From: a bacterium
GTDB lineage: Bacteria; Electryoneota; Electryoneia; Electryoneales; Electryoneaceae
DNA: 32,619 bases
Direction: 5' to 3'
Assembly: GCA_043801585.1 (NCBI GenBank)
Contig: JAZDLX010000003.1
Coordinates: 1 to 32,619 of the forward strand
This document shows, one piece after another, positions 27,660 to 32,619 of this stretch; position 1 is the stretch's first letter, and every line of letters begins with the position of its first letter. The notes beneath the pieces were generated by a model. The model saw only the letters and a program-made list of their open reading frames with translations. It did not search any database and was not told where the DNA came from. The position numbers and the translations under genes were made by a program.

Positions 27660-27729
27660 TAAACTATTGATTTTATGACGGCAACAGCTATCGCGTGCGG
27701 ACCGTCAAACATTTGGCACGTTTCTTGTA
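27660..27729 (+). promoter_or_regulatory. Candidate sigma54 promoter with upstream IHF site
   Basis: TGGCACG-TTTC-TTGTA (27714-27729) against consensus TGGCACG-N4-TTGCW. Minus strand AATCAA-TAGT-TTA (27660-27672) matches the IHF consensus WATCAA-N4-TTR. Confidence 0.55.
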
Positions 27730-28022
27730 GTAGTTCTATTGTAGTAAAATGAGTCTCTGAGGAAGCATCTGACATAGAGTTAGCGACAGTGAAACAATTC
27801 GGCTATTCGATTTAAGCATTTGCTATTTCATGATCTTACAATCGGAGGTATGTAGAGCGCCTCCAAGAGTCACGACTTGACTTCCAGATATTTATTCTGT
27901 TTCTTCCCGGACCCTTGTGGTAGGGTTCGCTAACTACGTATTAAAGGGTAACGGTAGCTGCCGAGAAAACATCCGGCAACGCCTTTCGCTTCGGATTTTT
28001 CGTTTGTTAGGAGGATAGAAAG

Positions 28023-28367
28023 ATGAGTCCAACCGTCGATCTTTACGAACACCGTATGCCGACTCTCGACGAGTTGGAAACGGATCTTGAAAACTGGCAG
28101 CAACGTATCGCCAGTTGGGCCGAACGGATTCCGTGGGCGGAACCCGACCAGCGTGATTTGGCGATGTCCACGGCGAAATTCCTGCGGAAGATCGTCGCAG
28201 AGTCCTGGATTCACCTGCTGGCCTGCAAGGCTCGTGGCGCCGATCCCATGGACAATTCGGCCTTTCGCGCCCGCCGTCTGCACCGTCAGTTGCTGACATT
28301 TGGTCCGAAGCTGGCGATGAAAATGGAAGAGCGTCTTCCCGAGGCCGTTCCGAGCCTGGCTGCCTGA
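28023..28367 (+). CDS. Hypothetical 114-aa helical protein
   Basis: Strong AGGAGG RBS and its own terminator downstream; no family recognised. Confidence 0.75.
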   Translation: MSPTVDLYEHRMPTLDELETDLENWQQRIASWAERIPWAEPDQRDLAMSTAKFLRKIVAESWIHLLACKARGADPMDNSAFRARRLHRQLLTFGPKLAMKMEERLPEAVPSLAA

Positions 28368-28389
28368 TTCAGGCAATACATTCGCTATC

Positions 28390-28417
28390 AAAGCGTCCCA
28401 TGTGGGACGCTTTTTTT
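28390..28417 (+). terminator. Intrinsic terminator
   Basis: AAAGCGTCCCA TG TGGGACGC TTTTTTT. Confidence 0.85.
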
Positions 28418-28691
28418 ATAGCTATTGTGAAATTCCATGCTAAACAATGCATGTACTGGATTTGTCGTCCTGAACGTAGTGAACCGCAGCCCCAAAGGGA
28501 CAAGCCCGCAGGTCCCAAGGGGACGTGCAACACAGGATCTCTCGTTGTGAGCAGACCGGTTTCTCGAGATACTCACGCCGAGAGATGCTTGATGCCGAAG
28601 GGTCGCCATTCAGCAGGACAACTATCGTACAGTATCGTCATAAATCTCAACGGAGGCGTGGTAAAAGAATGTGCTCTCGCAGGATAATACG

Positions 28692-29702
28692 TCAGGATTC
28701 GAAAACTTTTTTCTCCAGCGTGGCGAGCAGGGCTTTGACATCCGGATCATTCTTGAGATCCACGCGAAAAGCACGGCGCAAGTGAGCCAGGGCGCTACCG
28801 GACACACCGAGGCGTTCACCCAGTTTCTTTACGCCTCCCTCGTCCACGGCATGCCGCAACGCGAGTTCGACAACGAATTTCCGTCCCGGATGCCGGCTTC
28901 GCGCTTTTCTGAGTTCCTGCGTGCTGGTTCCAAAGTACTCAGCAGCCACGGTGAGGATGCGGAGGAAATGCAGCATGGAACTGTCAACAACGTTTTCATC
29001 GCGTGGTGTTTCAAGGGAACGGCGGCGTCCCTTGGCTCTCTCGTAATAGCGATCGACAAACCCCTCCGAACCGAGCAGACTCATCGCGACAACTCGATCG
29101 AGCAGATCACCGCCCCCGTCCTGTTTGACGCCTTCGATGATGTACCGGTAAAAACCGTCGGTGGGATGATCCGGCATCAGCCGTTTGCACTTTTCAAGCA
29201 CCTCATCCTGCGCGAACCATTCCGGAACCGGCGCAGTGCCCGTATAGATCGGGAAAGACGTCCAACGATTGCTGCTGACCTCTCCCCACTTTCTCGCTTC
29301 CGATTCGTTTGACCAGTGCTCACCAATGATCGGTGAGATGTGCACACGACGGACAACCGGAAGAAAAAGGTCTCCCTCCTCGACAAGAATCGCACGATGC
29401 CTGTCGCGGATCAACGATTCAGATTGCCCTTTCGCCGCACGCAGCCGGTTGAAGAAACCCGCCTGGGTGCGATGGACAAATCGTGACAGGGGAAGTCTCC
29501 CCGCCCGGAGAAACAACAGAGCGGATTTTTCAAGCAGGGCAAAGGCATAAACGGTCACACCAGCGGGGAGAGCGGCATCTCCGAGGGATTGGAAAAAAAG
29601 CTCCCTGTCCTCATCGCCATGAAAGAGGGATACTTCCTCTCTGGCTCGAATCTGGACGAGGTACGTCGCTTGGGGTATATGAATCCGGACGGGTCGAGAC
29701 AT
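28692..29702 (-). CDS. RAYT/IS200-like (Y1_Tnp) HUH-fold protein with C-terminal helix-turn-helix; catalytic residues substituted
   Basis: Collinear with the MxRxxRI..PG..YHV..RGN...IF....DR..FL / AYCLMxNHYHLL / GHLFQGRYKAILV / RYIHLNP / WSSY..Y.G...P.WL / LGSEDFV / IG..FG.S.SAV family pattern, but reads AFALLEKSALLF and RRVHISP at the catalytic motifs. Confidence 0.8.
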   Translation of the reverse strand: MSRPVRIHIPQATYLVQIRAREEVSLFHGDEDRELFFQSLGDAALPAGVTVYAFALLEKSALLFLRAGRLPLSRFVHRTQAGFFNRLRAAKGQSESLIRDRHRAILVEEGDLFLPVVRRVHISPIIGEHWSNESEARKWGEVSSNRWTSFPIYTGTAPVPEWFAQDEVLEKCKRLMPDHPTDGFYRYIIEGVKQDGGGDLLDRVVAMSLLGSEGFVDRYYERAKGRRRSLETPRDENVVDSSMLHFLRILTVAAEYFGTSTQELRKARSRHPGRKFVVELALRHAVDEGGVKKLGERLGVSGSALAHLRRAFRVDLKNDPDVKALLATLEKKVFES

Positions 29703-29798
29703 GGCCGTTTAAAGTACATCCCATGAAGAGGTGGTACAAGGGCAGTGGAGGAGACGAGTGCGACGAACCGCGCTTTTCTCCTCCGCGAGGTACATCCG

Positions 29799-30965
29799 TC
29801 AGTCTACAAGTGCCGCGTTCCCGCTCCTGGTGATATCAAACATGCGTTCAAGGGCGGCATTCGACTCACGGGTTGTTTCCGGGTCCACAGCCACGTGCCA
29901 ACGAAGTTCGCCCTTTTCAACCGCACGTAAACTTTCAAGCAACGCCTCGGGGCTGATCCGGAACATCGTCGAGCAGAGACAGGCGTACGGAGCAAGACTG
30001 TAAACCTCTTTCCCCTGTTTTACCATCTCCTGCCCGATCCGCGCAACCAGGTGATTTTCCGTTCCCACGGCCCATTTCGAACCCTCGGGACTTTCCGCAA
30101 TCGTTTTTATAATCTTGGAAGTGGAACCGGAGTTATCAGCCTTCTGCACGACCTCGAAACTGCATTCGGGATGCACAATGATCTTGATGTCCGGGATCCG
30201 TTTGCGCCAGGCATCCACATGCTCGGGGATAAAATGCTGGTGAACACTGCAGTGACCCTGCCAAAGCAGCACTCTCGCATTACGAATCGCCACGGCGGAG
30301 TTCCCCCCAAGCGGCTCTTCGGGATTCCAAACGACCATCTTATCGAGCGGAATTCCCAGTTCATAGCTCGTGTTGCGGCCGAGATGCTGATCCGGGAAGA
30401 AGAACAGTCGCTCACCCTTCTCCAGCGCCCAAGTGATGATCTTGTGGGCATTTGAAGAGGTGCAAATGGTGCCACCGTGACGGCCGACGAACGCCTTGAC
30501 ATCCGCTGTGCTGTTGATGTAGGTAACCGGCACGAGTTTCGACGTGTCGATCACTTCTCCAAGCTGTTCCCAGGCCTCTTCAATGTCCCCGATCTGCGCC
30601 ATGTCCGCCATCGTACACCCGGCACGTTTGTCCGGCAGGATCACCTTGACAGAATCCGGCGTGAGCATGTCCGCCGTCTCGGCCATGAAGTGGACGCCGA
30701 GAAAAATCACGTACTTCGCGTCTTTCACCTCGGAGGCGTATTGCGCAAGGACCAGTGAATCGCCGGTTTTATCCGCAAACTGAATCACCTCGTCACGCTG
30801 GTAGTAATGCCCAAGCAGAACGAGGTCCCTGCCGAGACGTTTACGGATCTCGAGGATTTCAGCCAGCACCGCCGGGGCCACCACCGGCTCACCCATATAT
30901 TTGACGTCCTCGATCGGCTGTTCAGGATTCCAGCGTACTTCAAGGGGTTGTGTCTTGATCGCCAT
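29799..30965 (-). CDS. nadA: Quinolinate synthase
   Basis: GHYYQ, GDSL.LA, VHFMAET, GCTMADM, YINS, CTSSNA, GHCSVH, VHPEC and C.CSTM motifs. Confidence 0.96.
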   Translation of the reverse strand: MAIKTQPLEVRWNPEQPIEDVKYMGEPVVAPAVLAEILEIRKRLGRDLVLLGHYYQRDEVIQFADKTGDSLVLAQYASEVKDAKYVIFLGVHFMAETADMLTPDSVKVILPDKRAGCTMADMAQIGDIEEAWEQLGEVIDTSKLVPVTYINSTADVKAFVGRHGGTICTSSNAHKIITWALEKGERLFFFPDQHLGRNTSYELGIPLDKMVVWNPEEPLGGNSAVAIRNARVLLWQGHCSVHQHFIPEHVDAWRKRIPDIKIIVHPECSFEVVQKADNSGSTSKIIKTIAESPEGSKWAVGTENHLVARIGQEMVKQGKEVYSLAPYACLCSTMFRISPEALLESLRAVEKGELRWHVAVDPETTRESNAALERMFDITRSGNAALVD

Positions 30966-31092
30966 GAACTTGCACACATCCTTGTGAAAGGGTTTGCAAA
31001 GATGTTGTTCGTACAAACGTTAGTAGCAATATAAAGGATTGATCGGCAGGTGATAAGTGAGCGACCGGGGTGGAGTCGGCATTGCGAGACCG

Positions 31093-32616
31093 TCAACGAC
31101 GATCTGCCCAGGGCCCATAGGGGGGAAACTGGGGACGGTTCAATCCATCCACCCGCCAGGCGCGCATCTGCAACAGGGTTTTCCCTCGCCGCACCGGCGG
31201 GACATCAATGGCACTCACCCGTGCAAACCGTGCCTCCAGCATCTTGCGCGGGTCGATGGTGTAGCGGGCCTGGGTGATCAGCACTCCGCTTGCACCCTCC
31301 CACTCAGGTTCGGGTGTCCACCAGGCGAACATGTGCGGTTGATCCCCGATCAGAACCACCGGGTGCTCGCCGCGGTCCGCCCAGGCGATCTCGCCTGCTG
31401 TAAACCATTTGTGTGCAAAGAGTACGTCGCTCTGTTGCAGCAAGCCATTGCGCTCGAGGTAGAGAATCGTCTGGCGCCACCCCACCAGATCGAGTGTGGG
31501 ATCGGCTTTGGGCCTGATCCGAAGGATTCCTGCCTGCGCCTGAACGATCACCAGAATAACCAGCAACCCGTTGGCGATCAAGGAGCCACGCATGAAATGC
31601 TGTTCCCAGGGTTTTGTCGAAAGCCAGCCCGAGGTGAGCACGAGCGCCGCGATGTATCCCGGCATCGTCCAGTGCGGGAGGATTCCTCGTGTCAACCCGA
31701 GCAGCGTCATCCCAACCACCGGCAGCAGGAAAAACGGGATCAGCCAGGCGTCCCCCCGGTCCTCACGCCTTGGACGCAACGCGCCAATCCAGAGAACAGC
31801 ACAAACCCATGGCGTCAGGTAACTGAGTTGTCCGCCGAGTGCCTGACCGAAAAGATCAAAACGGAAACGAAAACCTCCGGAAATTCCCTTGCCGAACTGT
31901 CCCGCAAACGCAATCCAGCCGTTGTTCGCATTCCAGATCAGGTTTGGCAGAAAGACCAGCGCCGCGACAACAAGCGAGAGGTAAAGACGGGGATTACGCC
32001 ACCACCTCCGAAGCTCCGGATCGAAGACCGTTGCCAGCGCGAAGGATGCGGGAAGCAGAACAGCGTGGTATTTTGCCAGCATCGCCAACCCGAGCAACGC
32101 ACCCAGTGCGATGAACCCTCCGTTCGGTACGAATTGACCGCTGCGCAGGCGTGCCAGCACCCAAAGCGCCCAGATCCAGGCAGCGACGAGACCGTTGTCA
32201 GGGATGACAAAGGCCCCCGCACCTACGGCAAAGAAGGGTGTCGCCAACGGGAGGAGCAGGGCAATGATCGCGGCACGGCGGTTGTACAGGTCCCTGGCAA
32301 GGGTGTAAAAACCCACTTGGGACAAGGAAAACACGACGAGCGCACCGAACCGAAGCGCGAGCGGATGCCAGGCTCCCGTGAGCCACCAGCCGAGACCGGC
32401 TGTAACCGCAACGATGGGCGGATGGTCAAAATAACCGGGGGCGAGATGCCGCGCGAAGAGATGGTAGTACGCCTCGTCGAACCCCGGCCCCACGGACGCT
32501 GCGGCGACGGCACGGGCCACAAACGAGAGCGCGAGGATCAGCAGAGCCGGCCGGTCGTGAAAGATCGGCAAGACACGTGATGAAGGGATGGGACGCATGG
32601 CTGAAAGTAACTTCAA
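31093..32616 (-). CDS. GT39/ArnT-like membrane glycosyltransferase
   Basis: DEAYY, GYFDHPP, many TM helices, LAKY, PNLIWN and HWTMPGY. Start uncertain (32616 or 32598). Confidence 0.88.
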   Translation of the reverse strand: MKLLSAMRPIPSSRVLPIFHDRPALLILALSFVARAVAAASVGPGFDEAYYHLFARHLAPGYFDHPPIVAVTAGLGWWLTGAWHPLALRFGALVVFSLSQVGFYTLARDLYNRRAAIIALLLPLATPFFAVGAGAFVIPDNGLVAAWIWALWVLARLRSGQFVPNGGFIALGALLGLAMLAKYHAVLLPASFALATVFDPELRRWWRNPRLYLSLVVAALVFLPNLIWNANNGWIAFAGQFGKGISGGFRFRFDLFGQALGGQLSYLTPWVCAVLWIGALRPRREDRGDAWLIPFFLLPVVGMTLLGLTRGILPHWTMPGYIAALVLTSGWLSTKPWEQHFMRGSLIANGLLVILVIVQAQAGILRIRPKADPTLDLVGWRQTILYLERNGLLQQSDVLFAHKWFTAGEIAWADRGEHPVVLIGDQPHMFAWWTPEPEWEGASGVLITQARYTIDPRKMLEARFARVSAIDVPPVRRGKTLLQMRAWRVDGLNRPQFPPYGPWADRR

Positions 32617-32619
32617 AGG

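Noticed and set aside
31057..32580. 507-aa plus-strand ORF
   Set aside because: Antisense shadow of the hydrophobic GT39 gene; Arg/Pro/Gln-rich with no motifs.

Overview
A GC-rich bacterial chromosome segment made mostly of housekeeping genes: the 3' end of a surA-like gene, acnA, a stand-alone motA/motB-family stator pair, an SDR epimerase, hisS, a frameshifted CADD-family gene, trxA, a nitroreductase, saccharopine dehydrogenase, a decaying IS200 tnpA, tRNA-Ser(CGA), an FN3 lipoprotein, a DUF151 nuclease, lexA, dtd, dnaE, murA, a Tat amidase, a secreted MEMO-family protein, recN, a GNAT, a small orphan protein, nadA and a GT39 transferase. Five observations stand out. (1) A full-length RAYT/IS200-like HUH protein (28692-29702) has lost both the HUH histidines and the catalytic tyrosine but keeps an intact frame, so it is a candidate domesticated transposase. 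(2) A REP-like hairpin family has six copies with fixed flanks and covarying stems. (3) Two 89-bp palindromic elements with identical 27-bp arms bracket the MEMO gene in opposite orientation. (4) Two candidate LexA operators overlap a clear sigma70 promoter. (5) A sigma54/IHF-type promoter lies upstream of an orphan protein ending in -LAA. All protein calls come from motif recognition by eye against remembered family sequences; no searches were run.
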